Source: Nitrospiraceae bacterium (GTDB lineage: Bacteria > Nitrospirota > Nitrospiria > Nitrospirales > UBA2166). Taken from it: a stretch of 38,902 nt of DNA. Positions 1 through 10,666 of this stretch are shown one piece after another (positions within the stretch are counted from its first letter, which is position 1; every line of letters begins with the position of its first letter). A program made the position numbers and the translations under genes. The notes under the pieces were generated by a model, which worked only from the letters and a program-made list of their open reading frames with translations, had not been told where the DNA came from and did no database searches. The stretch lies in the NCBI GenBank assembly GCA_002726235.1, contig PBSN01000017.1, positions 1 to 38,902 on the forward strand. Reading direction: 5' to 3'.

Positions 1-19
1 AAGGAATTTCCATAGTGCT

Positions 20-1333
20 ATGAAAGGAATATGTGGAGGGGTGTTTGCCATCATCGCTCTCATCGCGTTCGTCGATAGCGCGTATGGTGGGGGAGGGTTG
101 ACTGATTCGGTTCGATTGCTCCAAGCACACGACAAGGCTCTGATTCGTGAGGCCACCGACAAGGTTGTTGTTGTTTACAATGAGCAGATGGGTTCTGGTG
201 TGGTCGTCAGCTCTGCTGGAGATATCCTGACGAATGCGCATGTTGTCGGTGAACATCCCTTTGTCAGGATTCGGTTTTCTGACAGAGGTGAAATGTTGGG
301 AATGGTGGTTGCCCGAGACGAGGTTTCCGATATTGCCCTAGTAAGGGTGAATGCATCTGGCGATCTTCCTTTCATGACCATCGCAGACAATGATGCGCTT
401 GAGCAAGGTGACACTGTCTATTTGTGCGGACATCCCTTTGGCGAGGAATTCGTTTGCATGAAGGGGATTGTCAGCAAACGCTGGACGACCTCTCCAAATC
501 TTGGAAGCGAGTTTTATGGTGAATGGATCAGTGATGCCCCTGTGTTTCCGGGGTTTTCGGGAGGCGCTGCATTCAACCTCCAGGGAGAGTTAGTCGGTCT
601 CCCACATGCGAGGGCGCCAGGCCGCATTGTGCCCGCTGGAATCAGTATTCTCATTCCGCCAGGCCTTATCAAGAAAGCCTATAGGGATTTCGCACAACAC
701 GGGTCGGTTCACTGGGCTCATCTAGGAATTCAAGTTCAGGATATGCCGCAAGCGGTGGCAATGCGACATGGAGTTGGGCTATTTCATGGAGTGTTAGTGC
801 GATCTGTATTGCCAGAGGAGCATGCAGATGGCTTGTTGGAGGAAAACGATATCCTGACCCATTTTGGTCACGCTCGCATCAGACGCATTGATGATTTAAA
901 ACGTGCCGTGCGAGTGAGTGATCCTGGGGATGTGGTCGATGTGACCGTGCTTCGTAATGGCCAGATCATTGCTGTGTCTGTGGAGTTGGGGGAGGGAACA
1001 TTAGCAGTTCTCGATAGTGATGCTTCGGTGGGCCTCAATGTTCACGATGTCTACGGTTTCACATTTCACTTCGATGATGGCTTGAATGCTTGCGTTGTTG
1101 ACTCGGTTGATGAGCATGGTTCAGCGTACCATGCCGGGCTCCAGCCAGGCGTGGTCATCAAAGCATATGACTCTACGGTTCGCCTCACTTCCCGAGCCAG
1201 GGTCGCGCTCTTCTGGAGGGTTCTAAGCTCATTGGACGATGGTGATGGTCTTCGGTTGCGCGTCAGCACCAGTGGCAAAAAAATACCTTTTGAAACAATG
1301 CTGTACAACCCTACCCGTCGAATGTGGTTGTAA
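20..1333 (+). CDS. HtrA/DegP-family trypsin-like serine protease with two PDZ-like domains and an N-terminal signal/anchor
   Basis: Hydrophobic N-terminus; GSGVVV, LTNAHVV (His), DIALVRV (Asp), PGFSGG (Ser) motifs; PDZ-like segments (LGIQVQ..GVLVRSV..DIL; VDSV..GSAYHAGLQPG). Confidence 0.9.
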   Translation: MKGICGGVFAIIALIAFVDSAYGGGGLTDSVRLLQAHDKALIREATDKVVVVYNEQMGSGVVVSSAGDILTNAHVVGEHPFVRIRFSDRGEMLGMVVARDEVSDIALVRVNASGDLPFMTIADNDALEQGDTVYLCGHPFGEEFVCMKGIVSKRWTTSPNLGSEFYGEWISDAPVFPGFSGGAAFNLQGELVGLPHARAPGRIVPAGISILIPPGLIKKAYRDFAQHGSVHWAHLGIQVQDMPQAVAMRHGVGLFHGVLVRSVLPEEHADGLLEENDILTHFGHARIRRIDDLKRAVRVSDPGDVVDVTVLRNGQIIAVSVELGEGTLAVLDSDASVGLNVHDVYGFTFHFDDGLNACVVDSVDEHGSAYHAGLQPGVVIKAYDSTVRLTSRARVALFWRVLSSLDDGDGLRLRVSTSGKKIPFETMLYNPTRRMWL

Positions 1334-1688
1334 TGCTAAGGGGCTTAGGGGGGGGCGATTGCTGGATGGCCGTTTTTGTGCAGAAACTTTCTTCGTACGC
1401 TAGTCCATTCCTCATCAAGAATCCTTGCACTACTTCGTGAGCGAATTGTTTTCGATCCCTTCTTAAGGGTGCGGGCGGTATTGCTTGGAATCGTCTGTGC
1501 TTTAGCCTAGACCTTACAAGCAAGGCTTCCACCGTTTTATGCCAGATCATCATAAGATGATGGTAGGTTGTGTGCCTAGCGCACTTTCAATGCGTGAGGC
1601 ATGGTGTTGCGTTCACGCAATTGTCCGTTTTGCACACTATGCGGAAAGGGGATGAGGTTTTTCGTTTGATCGTTTGCGGGTTTTGGTA

Positions 1689-3157
1689 TTACACGGTCAT
1701 CTTGATTTTCTTGGGCATCCGACGAGCAACACCGGAGTGGTGTGCGGCTTTCAAAACCGCATGGGCAACAGCGGGAGCAACGTGTGAGTTGAAGACACTC
1801 GGAATGATGTAGTCGGCCAAAAGTTCGTCATCGGAAATCAAGTCAGCGATCGCAAAGGCTGCTGCTTGTTTCATCTCCGCATTAATTGTGCTTGCTCGAG
1901 CATCTAGGGCCCCGCGAAAGATTCCAGGAAACGCCAGTACGTTGTTGATCTGGTTGGGATAGTCACTTCGCCCAGTTGCCATGACGGCGACCGCGCCTGC
2001 CGCCTCTTCTGGCATAACTTCCGGCGTCGGATTTGCCATGGCGAAGATGATCGGGGCCTTGTTCATTGTGAGAATGTCGTGGCGTGTGAGTAACGCAGGT
2101 CTGGAGAGTCCCAACAGCATGTCTGCGCCTCGCAGTACATCTGGCAGACTCCCCTGCTGTCGATCCATATTGGTGTTCTCTGCGACCCATCGTTTAACAC
2201 GGTTGGAACCGATATCCCTACCCTCATAAATGGCACCGTGGCTGTCACAGACTACGATGTGTTCCACACCAAAATCCTTTAGCATACGGGTGCAGGCAAC
2301 GGCTGCCGCTCCAGCGCCAGAGACTGCAACTTTCATGTTGCTTGGGTGTCTCCCGGTGAGTTTCAACGCATTGATTAGTCCCGCGAGAACTACGACTGCA
2401 GTCCCGTGTTGATCATCATGAAATACCGGGATGTTCAGTTCTTTATTGAGGCGTGTCTCAATATCAAAGCATTGGGGTGCAGCGATGTCCTCGAGATTGA
2501 TTCCGCCAAAGGTAGGAGCGATTAACCGACAAAATTGAATAATCTCTTCTGTATCATGGGTGTCGATGCACAAAGGAAAGGCGTCCACGCCGCCGAACTC
2601 TTTGAAAAGAACGGCTTTGCCTTCCATGACTGGCATGGCTGCCTCAGCTCCGATATTGCCTAATCCGAGCACGGCGCTCCCGTCCGATACCACCGCAACA
2701 CAGTTCTTGCGGATTGTTAGGGTGAATGCCGTCCGAGGATCATGACGGATGGCTTTGCAAATGCGGGCAACCCCCGGCGTGTAGGCCATAGAAAGCGCAG
2801 CACGGGAATTCAGTCGAATTCTGGAGCAAATCTCCAGTTTCCCTCCTAAATGCATCCGAAATGTATCGTCGGTAGCCGATTGAACCGTGACTCCATTAAT
2901 GTTCTTGATCGCTGCAATCATCGACTGTTCCTGATCCGCAGAATGGCATTCTACAGTGTAGTCACGCACAGTTCGCCCTTTGTGAATATGAACCAGGTCG
3001 ATTGCGCCAATCCCCCCCCCTCTTGAGCGATTACCGTAGAGATAGCGGCAATCCACCCCGGTTCATGAGGATATTCAAGACGCAGAGTGACGGAGTATTG
3101 GGCGCTTGGTGCGGATTTGAATGGCACCGGTAGCTTTTCTTCATCATCGTTATTCAT
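1689..3157 (-). CDS. NAD(P)-dependent malic enzyme with N-terminal ACT-like domain; reading frame broken at the G9 run (3012-3020)
   Basis: [67 protein letters not shown] motifs in ORF 1689..3056. The N-terminal part ([24 protein letters not shown]) lies in another frame, starting at ATG 3157 with a GGAGG SD. Confidence 0.9.
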
Positions 3158-3451
3158 GATCCCTCCACTTGCCTGTCCTAGTTGGTGGGTACGCAAGACC
3201 AGTACCATCGATACATGCTTAACACTGCCGATGATTCCATGTGGCATGCTTCCACACCGTACAAAAGGAGCCATCGTGCAGGGTATGCCATTTATTGATC
3301 GTGATCTTCTTTTGCCAACGCATTATAACCGGAGTGCACGCTACGTATGCGCGTGAGTGGCCACGATATTTCGTCTCCGTCGACGAATCATTACACGGAG
3401 GCTACGCCGGACGAATGCTATCTGTGCCTTGATTTTCGCTTTTATACCCGC

Positions 3452-3469
3452 TTGGCATACCGTATGCAT
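3452..3469 (+). promoter_or_regulatory. Candidate sigma54 (-24/-12) promoter for the acyl-CoA operon
   Basis: TTGGCATACCGTATGCAT: GG(3454-55)-N10-GC(3466-67), about 105 bp upstream of ATG 3574. Confidence 0.45.
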
Positions 3470-3573
3470 GGTTTATCACGTGAGGACACTGAAAAACCCA
3501 TGGAGGTGTCGCTTGTGGTGGATAAATCAGCCAATTTGGCGAGAGAGGTGAGCACGCAGGAAGGAGACTGCAC

Positions 3574-5133
3574 ATGGTAAAGAATCGCCTTTTTACCGAG
3601 TGGGATTTCCTAGACAAAAACACCATAAGGTTTGCGCAAATCACGAAGCTGAAGACGTTCTTACGTGACCATGTGATCCCGTTTTCTCATTTTTATCGTG
3701 ATATGTTCAACAAGGCGCACATCGACCCGGAAAAATTTACGTCACTTGATGACCTCAGACAGATCCCATTTACGGCGAAAAACGACTTGCTAGTGACTTC
3801 CGACCACCCGGACCGCGCTCGTGACTTTGTGCTGATTCCCAATCAGAGTCAGCTTTCGAAACGGCCACGTGTGATGTTGCGTGCACTGTTGAGCGGTAAA
3901 GCCCAAGTGAAGGCAGCTCTTCAACGGGAATATCGTCCGATCTTTCTCACCAGCACCACTGGACGTTCAAGCGAACCCATTGGCTTTTTCTACACGGCAT
4001 ATGATCTGGACAACTTGGCATCAGCAGGCAAGCGCCTAGTGGACGTGGTGGGAGCCGTACCTGAGGAGCGTGCCATCAATATGTTCCCATACGCACCACA
4101 TCTCGCTTTTTGGCAGGCCCATTACGCAACAACGGCCTTCGGGGTTTTCGCCGTCAGCACTGGTGGAGGCAAAGCCATGGGGACCGACGGCAATCTTCGT
4201 CTCATGGAAAAGATCCAACCCAACACAGTTCTGGGAATGCCGACGTTTCTTTATCACGTATTGACCCAGGCCGCTGATGAGGGGCGATCGTACCAGAACC
4301 TCACAACGTTGGTTTTGGGGGGTGAAAAAGTTCCGCCTGGCATGCGGAACAAACTCGCGACTCTCGTTAAGTTGCTTAGCGGAAATACCGCCCGTGTTGT
4401 GGCCACTTACGGATTTACTGAAGCGAAAATGGCGTGGGGTGAATGTCCCTTCCAGCTAGATCAACCGGCAAGCGGGTACCATCTCTATCCTGATCTGGGC
4501 CTATTCGAAGTTATTGATCCCGAGTCAGGTGAGGTACTTCCGGAAGGTTCTCCCGGCGAACTAGTCTTTACTCCGCTCGACGCACGAGGAAGCGTTGTCC
4601 TCCGCTATCGCACAGGCGATTGCATTGATGGCGGACTTATCTACGAACCCTGTCCCTACTGTAAGCGGATCGTGCCTCGGCTCGTCGGCAACATTTCTAG
4701 AGAATCGGAAGTCAGGGAGCTTCGATTCGATAAGATCAAGGGGACATTAGTTGATTTCAACGAATTGGAACATCTCCTCGATGACGCCGAGTATATCGGT
4801 GCTTGGCAGGTTGAGCTTCGCAAGATGCACGATGACCCTCTAGAACTCGATGAATTAATTCTACATGTGGAGAGAATCGGTTCGAAGGATGATGAAACGG
4901 TTTCGCGACAGTTGGCTAACCTTGTCGCCGCGCACACAGAAATCCATCCGAACCAAATACTGTTTCACAGCCGGCGCCACATGCGAAAGCGGCAGGGCGT
5001 TGGAGAGGAATTAAAAGAGAAGCGGCTCGTTGATCATCGTCCGAACGGTAGCCATCCTCTTCCGCCACGGGACTCTTCACAATGGCACAACCCGTTGTCG
5101 TGGATATTTAAACGAATGGGGGCAACTCGATGA
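3574..5133 (+). CDS. Phenylacetate-CoA ligase (PaaK)-like adenylate-forming enzyme
   Basis: PFY-like start and 'DDLRQIPFTAKNDL', GGEK, YGFTEA, GELVFT, RYRTGD motifs; P-loop atypical (STTGRSSEP); GGAG SD. Confidence 0.8.
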   Translation: MVKNRLFTEWDFLDKNTIRFAQITKLKTFLRDHVIPFSHFYRDMFNKAHIDPEKFTSLDDLRQIPFTAKNDLLVTSDHPDRARDFVLIPNQSQLSKRPRVMLRALLSGKAQVKAALQREYRPIFLTSTTGRSSEPIGFFYTAYDLDNLASAGKRLVDVVGAVPEERAINMFPYAPHLAFWQAHYATTAFGVFAVSTGGGKAMGTDGNLRLMEKIQPNTVLGMPTFLYHVLTQAADEGRSYQNLTTLVLGGEKVPPGMRNKLATLVKLLSGNTARVVATYGFTEAKMAWGECPFQLDQPASGYHLYPDLGLFEVIDPESGEVLPEGSPGELVFTPLDARGSVVLRYRTGDCIDGGLIYEPCPYCKRIVPRLVGNISRESEVRELRFDKIKGTLVDFNELEHLLDDAEYIGAWQVELRKMHDDPLELDELILHVERIGSKDDETVSRQLANLVAAHTEIHPNQILFHSRRHMRKRQGVGEELKEKRLVDHRPNGSHPLPPRDSSQWHNPLSWIFKRMGATR

Positions 5134-6422
5134 CAGTAGCTGCACAAAGACTCGTAATTGTTGATGGGGTGCGCACTCCGTTTGCCCGTATGGGAACTGA
5201 CTTGGCAGAACTGGATGCCGATGAGTTGGGCCGCATTGCAGTGCAGGCATTGCTGGGGCGTACGGGAATCGATCCGGACCTGATTGACGAGGTTATCATC
5301 GGCTGCGTTGGGCAGCCGATGGGCGCAACAAATGTTTCCAGGGTTATTGCGCTTCGAGCCGGGATTGCCCGTCACGTACCCGCAATTACCGTGAGTCGAA
5401 ATTGCGCGTCAGGCTGTGAAGCGATGACGCAAGCGTATGAAAAGATGATTGCAGACCACGGATCCATCTTTGTTGTTGGTGGGGTGGAGAGCATGACCCG
5501 TTATCCGTTCGTTTTCAGGCAGACGGCAGCGGCAAAGTTTGGACTTCTCAACAAGGCAAAAACACTCGGACGGAAACTCAATGCGATGACACGTTTTCGG
5601 CCCTCCGATTTCACTCCAAAGGCAGGACTCCTTATGGGCCTGACCGATCCCGTCAGCGGACTTAATATGGGGGAGACGGCAGAACTCATTACGCGAGAAA
5701 ACGGGATTACCAGGGAAATGCAGGACGAGTTTGCCGCAACCTCACACCGAAGAACGATTGCAGCGCGTGAACGATTGACAGAGGAAATGTGCCCCGTGTA
5801 CATCCCACCGAATTTCACGAAGGTCATGACGGAGGACAACGGGCCGCACACCGATCAGTCTGTGGAAGCCCTCGCTACGCTCACGCCCGTGTTCGATCGG
5901 CGAATGGGCACCGTGACTGCAGGTAACTCGTCTCAGATCACGGACGGGGCCGTCGCGCTACTCGTGATGAGTGAAGAAAAAGCGCGTGAACTCGGATATG
6001 CACCCTTAGGCGTTTTGACGGGATATAGCTATACCGGATGTGATCCCGCACGGATGGGTCTGGGGCCGCTCAATGCCATTGCAATGGCCGAACAGCAGAT
6101 TGGTCTCACGGTAAAAGATGCCGATATTGTGGAAATCAATGAAGCATTCGCTGGGCAGGTACTGACCGTGTTGAAACTCGCAGTGTCCAAAAAATATGCT
6201 TCTGATGTCCTTAGGAGAAAGACGCCTCTCGGGGAGATTGCAGGGGACATTCTGAACGTAAATGGCGGGGCTGTAGCCCTAGGTCACCCCGTTGGTGCAA
6301 CAGGTGCTCGGTTGATTTTGACGAGCTTGAAGGAACTACACCGCCGCAAGGTCAGGCGTGCCCTGATATCGCTCTGCGTGGGAGGTGGACAAGGTGCGGC
6401 GCTATGGCTGGAGCGAGTGTGA
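5130..6422 (+). CDS. Acetyl-CoA C-acyltransferase (3-ketoacyl-CoA thiolase, FadA/FadI-like)
   Basis: RTPF, RNCASG (Cys), GGVESM, TAGNSSQITDGA, NEAF, GHPVGATG, CVGGGQG; ATGA overlap with the upstream gene. Confidence 0.95.
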   Translation: MTVAAQRLVIVDGVRTPFARMGTDLAELDADELGRIAVQALLGRTGIDPDLIDEVIIGCVGQPMGATNVSRVIALRAGIARHVPAITVSRNCASGCEAMTQAYEKMIADHGSIFVVGGVESMTRYPFVFRQTAAAKFGLLNKAKTLGRKLNAMTRFRPSDFTPKAGLLMGLTDPVSGLNMGETAELITRENGITREMQDEFAATSHRRTIAARERLTEEMCPVYIPPNFTKVMTEDNGPHTDQSVEALATLTPVFDRRMGTVTAGNSSQITDGAVALLVMSEEKARELGYAPLGVLTGYSYTGCDPARMGLGPLNAIAMAEQQIGLTVKDADIVEINEAFAGQVLTVLKLAVSKKYASDVLRRKTPLGEIAGDILNVNGGAVALGHPVGATGARLILTSLKELHRRKVRRALISLCVGGGQGAALWLERV

Positions 6423-6452
6423 GGACCTACATCCGCGGGTGGTGATGAGACA

Positions 6453-8558
6453 ATGAGTACACATTTCACATCAGAGATTCTCGACAATGGCATTCGCGTG
6501 GTGACATTTGACACCCCTAATTCGTCGGCGAACGTGTTGAATCTCGCGACACTGCGTGAACTCAGCACCTATATCGAGACGATCACTGCAGATCGGGACA
6601 CGACGGGGCTGATTTTCTCCAGTGCTAAACCAGCCATCTTTATCGCGGGGGCAGATCTTCGCGAGATACAGTGCCTGACAGGTGAGGCGGAACTGCGGAA
6701 GATGATCATGCTAGGACAGTTACTATTCAACGGCATTGCCGATCTTGCGATACCCACAGTGGCTGCAATACACGGAGCATGTCTCGGCGGTGGGTACGAA
6801 CTGTGCCTCGCTTGTGATTACCGGATTGCTTCCAACGACCACTCCACGAAGATAGGTCTCCCGGAGACGATGTTGGGACTCTTGCCCGCATGGGGCGGCT
6901 CAACCAGGCTCCCTCGTCTGGTTGGCTTTCCCAACGCTCTTGATCTCATACTCGGAGGGAAGCAGCTCGCCGCGATTCCCTCTCTTGGTCGAGGCATGAT
7001 CGATGCCGTCGTGCCCCGAGAACATTTGATTCGTTCTGCTGTGCAACATATCTTTAAGGGCCGGCGGTCCAGAACACACTATCCGCTGGTCAACAATTCG
7101 CTTGTCGTACGCGTGATCGCATCCCGAGCTAGAGTGAAGGCGATGAAAATGACCAGAGGGCATTATCCCGCCGTTCCGAAAGCGTTAGAGGTCATGGTGG
7201 AAGGGCTGTCGAAATCTCTTACTGACTCACTTACGCTTGAACGTGTCGCCAGCGTCGAACTCGCTAGGACCTCAGCGTGTCGTAACTTGATTGAGCTCTT
7301 TTTCTTACGGGAGCGAGCGAAACGATGCCACGCGATGCCAAACGACATGCAGAAATCCACCTTCAGAATAGGGGATATTGGGGTCATTGGGGCTGGCGTC
7401 ATGGGTGCGGGGATTGCGCAATGGGTCAGCGCGCACGGGCATAGAGTGATCTTGCGGGATATCAATGAGGACGCAGTGCTTAAAGGCATGGCCGGCATTG
7501 GGGATATCTACAGGCAAGGATTGAGGCGTTACACCTTTGATAGTGCCTCGGCACGACAAGGCATGGATCGGATCTATCCGAGCGCCTGCGAGGTACCACT
7601 CACACGTGTCGATCTTGTGATCGAAGCTGCCGTTGAGAATATGGAAGTAAAGAAACAGATCTTTCAACGACTGGGAGAGTCTACGCGAGGAGATGCCGTG
7701 TTGGCCACCAATACCTCAGCCCTTTCGGTGAGTGAGATAGCCAGAGGTGTCTCACACCCGGAGCGCGTGATTGGGATCCACTACTTCAACCCTGTACATC
7801 GAATGCAGTTGGTTGAAATTGTGCTTGGGGAACAGACCAGTTCTGCCGTCACGGAGCAGGTGCTTCAGTTCGTACAGGGGATCGGTAAATTGCCGGTGGT
7901 GGTGAAGGATAGCCCTGGCTTTCTGGTGAATCGCGTCTTGATGCCCTACCTCATCGAGGCGGTGTCGTTGTTTGAATCCGGAGCCTCCATTTGGGAGATC
8001 GACGAGGCGATGCGCGACTTCGGTATGCCGATGGGTCCTCTTCGTTTGATCGATGAAGTGGGCGTGGATGTGGCATTGCATGTCGCTACGCATATGAGCG
8101 ACGTATTCCGGGACCGAATGACAATCCCGCAGACACTGCTGGCATTAATGGAGCGGGGGTACCTTGGGGGAAAAACTGGCTTGGGTTTTTATATCCATCG
8201 CGCACAGGGAGATCTAAAAGTTAATCGCAGGATCAGGCGTGTGGTGACATCGAATCAAGCGAGGCATATTAATCGGAAGGCGTTGCAGAAGCGTATGGTA
8301 CTTGTGATGGTGAACGAAGCCGCACGTTGTCTGGAGGAAGGAGTTGTATCGATGCCACAGGATGTGGATTTGGCAATGATTATGGGGGCAGGCTTTGCGC
8401 CGTTCACCGGCGGTCCCATGCGTTACGCTGATTCGGTCAAGATACTTCAGGTGGTGGAACAGCTCAAGGGTTTGGCAGAAGACGTCCACGAGCGTTTTGC
8501 GCCGTGCACACTACTTCGGGATATGGCAAAGAGTGAGCAACAGTTTTACGTCCAATGA
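6453..8558 (+). CDS. Bifunctional enoyl-CoA hydratase/3-hydroxyacyl-CoA dehydrogenase (FadJ/FadB-like)
   Basis: FIAGADL, GGGYEL and GLPETMLG (both crotonase Glu), GAGVMGAGIA, EAAVEN, ATNTS, HYFNP, PGFLVNR, PMGP. Confidence 0.95.
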   Translation: MSTHFTSEILDNGIRVVTFDTPNSSANVLNLATLRELSTYIETITADRDTTGLIFSSAKPAIFIAGADLREIQCLTGEAELRKMIMLGQLLFNGIADLAIPTVAAIHGACLGGGYELCLACDYRIASNDHSTKIGLPETMLGLLPAWGGSTRLPRLVGFPNALDLILGGKQLAAIPSLGRGMIDAVVPREHLIRSAVQHIFKGRRSRTHYPLVNNSLVVRVIASRARVKAMKMTRGHYPAVPKALEVMVEGLSKSLTDSLTLERVASVELARTSACRNLIELFFLRERAKRCHAMPNDMQKSTFRIGDIGVIGAGVMGAGIAQWVSAHGHRVILRDINEDAVLKGMAGIGDIYRQGLRRYTFDSASARQGMDRIYPSACEVPLTRVDLVIEAAVENMEVKKQIFQRLGESTRGDAVLATNTSALSVSEIARGVSHPERVIGIHYFNPVHRMQLVEIVLGEQTSSAVTEQVLQFVQGIGKLPVVVKDSPGFLVNRVLMPYLIEAVSLFESGASIWEIDEAMRDFGMPMGPLRLIDEVGVDVALHVATHMSDVFRDRMTIPQTLLALMERGYLGGKTGLGFYIHRAQGDLKVNRRIRRVVTSNQARHINRKALQKRMVLVMVNEAARCLEEGVVSMPQDVDLAMIMGAGFAPFTGGPMRYADSVKILQVVEQLKGLAEDVHERFAPCTLLRDMAKSEQQFYVQ

Positions 8559-8715
8559 CTGTCCATGGAGGGTGGCGATCTGGAGGCAGAAGGCAGTGAT
8601 TGGAGGATAGTTCTGTAAGGCTTGCGGAGGGCTTAGAAGCGAAACTCCTATTTGCTTCGTGCTGATCTGCTGTCGGTAAGCCATGGGCCACTGTAAACCT
8701 ATATGAGGCGTGATC

Positions 8716-10650
8716 ATGAGCGCAGGGTTAGCAGAAAAAAACGAATCGATAGTCGAATCCGAGGAACTCATCGATACGTCGAAGATGTCCGATGGAAAGC
8801 GGGACGCGCTACAGCTTGCTGAATCCTCACGCGACATTGTCAAGCCGTCTCACAGCTTTGTTTCCCAATTGTTCATGGGGCATGTGGCGTGGGACATGAT
8901 TTACCCATTCAGAGAACAGCCCGCAAAGGACAAGGTTAAGGGAGACGCGTTTCTAGGAGAACTTGAGACATTTCTTCGTGAGCACACGGATCCTGATCAG
9001 ATCGATCAAGACGGTGAGATTCCACAGGATGTCATAGATGCATTGGGCAAGATGGGCGCCTTCGGCATTAAAATTCCCCCTGAGTATGGAGGCTTAGGCT
9101 TATCACAGACGAACTACAGCCGTGCAGCGATCCTGCTCGGGAGTCATTGCGGCAACTTGACTGCCCTCTTGTCTGCGCATCAATCAATCGGCGTACCACA
9201 GCCACTGATCATGTTCGGGACCGTTGAACAGAAGCAGAAGTACCTTTCACGCGTCGCCAAGGGTGAGATCTCTGCCTTTGCATTGACCGAAGAAGGGGTC
9301 GGTTCCGATCCGGCAAAGATAGAAACTCGAGCGGAACCAATTGCGGGAGGCAGTCATTTTATTCTCAACGGAAAAAAACTGTGGTGTACAAACGGCACGC
9401 GTGCTGGCCTTCTGATCGTGATGGCGAGGACGCCGGATGCACTAGTGCGAGGAAAACCCACACGACAAATCACGGCCTTTATCATCGAGACTAACACTCC
9501 TGGGGTCACGGTTGACCTTCGTTGCCGGTTCATGGGTCTCCGATCCCTTTACAATGGAGTCATCCAATTCACGAATGTAAAGGTGCCTCGTGAGAACATT
9601 ATTCTCGGCGAAGGCAAGGGTTTGAAAGTGGCGTTTTCCACCTTGAACACGGGAAGACTGACGTTGCCGGCTGCATGTCTCGGCTTGAGCAAGCGATGTC
9701 TCCAGATTGCGCGAATATGGGCTGACACGCGTGTCCAGTGGGGTGCGGCGATTGGAAAACATTCTGCCATAGCTGCAAAAATTGCGACAATTGCGTCGGA
9801 TACCTTTGCGCTTGAAGCCATGACATTGCTCACGTCATCGCTAGCTGATCGCAAAGAGGGGGACATTCGACTCGAGGCTGCAATGAGTAAGCTATGGGGC
9901 ACAGAAGCGGCTTGGCATATCGTCGATGAAACCATGCAAATCCGAGGGGGAAGAGGCTATGAGACCGCCCAATCCTTGGCAGCTCGTGGGGAAGAGCCAA
10001 TATCCGTTGAGCGCCTCATGCGCGATAGTCGGATTAACCTGATTTTCGAAGGATCCAGTGAAATCATGCGACTCTTTATCGCGCGAGAGGCACTTGATCC
10101 TCATCTGAGGCTTGGGGCTACAGTGATAAATCCGAAAGTGCCGATGGTTGAGCGGATTAGGGCTACGGGAAAAGCCGCGAAATTCTATGCTGGGTGGTAC
10201 GCGAAGCAGTGGTGGCTTTTGGGTGTGCGAATCCCGGCCGGAATGGATCGCCGGCTTGTACCCCATGCTCGTTATGTTGGAAAAACCAGTAAAAAATTGG
10301 CGCGCACGCTTTTTCACCAAATTCTCTGGTATGGGCCAAAGTTGGAGCGAGAGCAGATGATGCTTGGTCGGCTGATGAACGTTGGGACGGAGCTGTTCGC
10401 AATGGCGGCTACCTGCTCGAAGGCACAGGCCCTGCTCACACATGATGGTGATCGCAACGAGATCATTAAGTTGGTAGATTTCTTCTGTCAGGAATCACGT
10501 CTTCGTCTTACGCGAAACTTTCAGGGCATCAACGAAAATAATGATCGTCGTGGATATCGTCTTGCTCGTCAAATTCTCAAGGGGAAGTATGAGTGGCTGG
10601 AGGAAGGCATTGTGGCAAGAACATCAATGTTTGGAACATCGAAGTCATGA
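8716..10650 (+). CDS. Acyl-CoA dehydrogenase (long, VLCAD/ACAD9-like with C-terminal extension); alternative GTG start at 8710
   Basis: IPPEYGGLG, AFALTEEGVGSD, LNGKKLWCTNG, LNTGR, QIRGGRGY, IFEGSSEI (catalytic Glu). Confidence 0.93.
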   Translation: MSAGLAEKNESIVESEELIDTSKMSDGKRDALQLAESSRDIVKPSHSFVSQLFMGHVAWDMIYPFREQPAKDKVKGDAFLGELETFLREHTDPDQIDQDGEIPQDVIDALGKMGAFGIKIPPEYGGLGLSQTNYSRAAILLGSHCGNLTALLSAHQSIGVPQPLIMFGTVEQKQKYLSRVAKGEISAFALTEEGVGSDPAKIETRAEPIAGGSHFILNGKKLWCTNGTRAGLLIVMARTPDALVRGKPTRQITAFIIETNTPGVTVDLRCRFMGLRSLYNGVIQFTNVKVPRENIILGEGKGLKVAFSTLNTGRLTLPAACLGLSKRCLQIARIWADTRVQWGAAIGKHSAIAAKIATIASDTFALEAMTLLTSSLADRKEGDIRLEAAMSKLWGTEAAWHIVDETMQIRGGRGYETAQSLAARGEEPISVERLMRDSRINLIFEGSSEIMRLFIAREALDPHLRLGATVINPKVPMVERIRATGKAAKFYAGWYAKQWWLLGVRIPAGMDRRLVPHARYVGKTSKKLARTLFHQILWYGPKLEREQMMLGRLMNVGTELFAMAATCSKAQALLTHDGDRNEIIKLVDFFCQESRLRLTRNFQGINENNDRRGYRLARQILKGKYEWLEEGIVARTSMFGTSKS

Positions 10651-10666
10651 TGCTCTGTGAGGAAGT

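Noticed and set aside
1311..1812. Short ORFs and a G8 run (1348-1355) between htrA and the malic enzyme
   Set aside because: No recognisable motifs or SD; the ORFs overlap real genes; the G run lies outside any supported CDS
3295..3308. TTGAT-CGTG-ATCTT FNR-like box
   Set aside because: Only 8/10 match; could easily be chance
3087..3644. Several 60-90 aa ORFs in the malic enzyme/ligase divergent region
   Set aside because: Mutually overlapping, no family features; more likely promoter DNA
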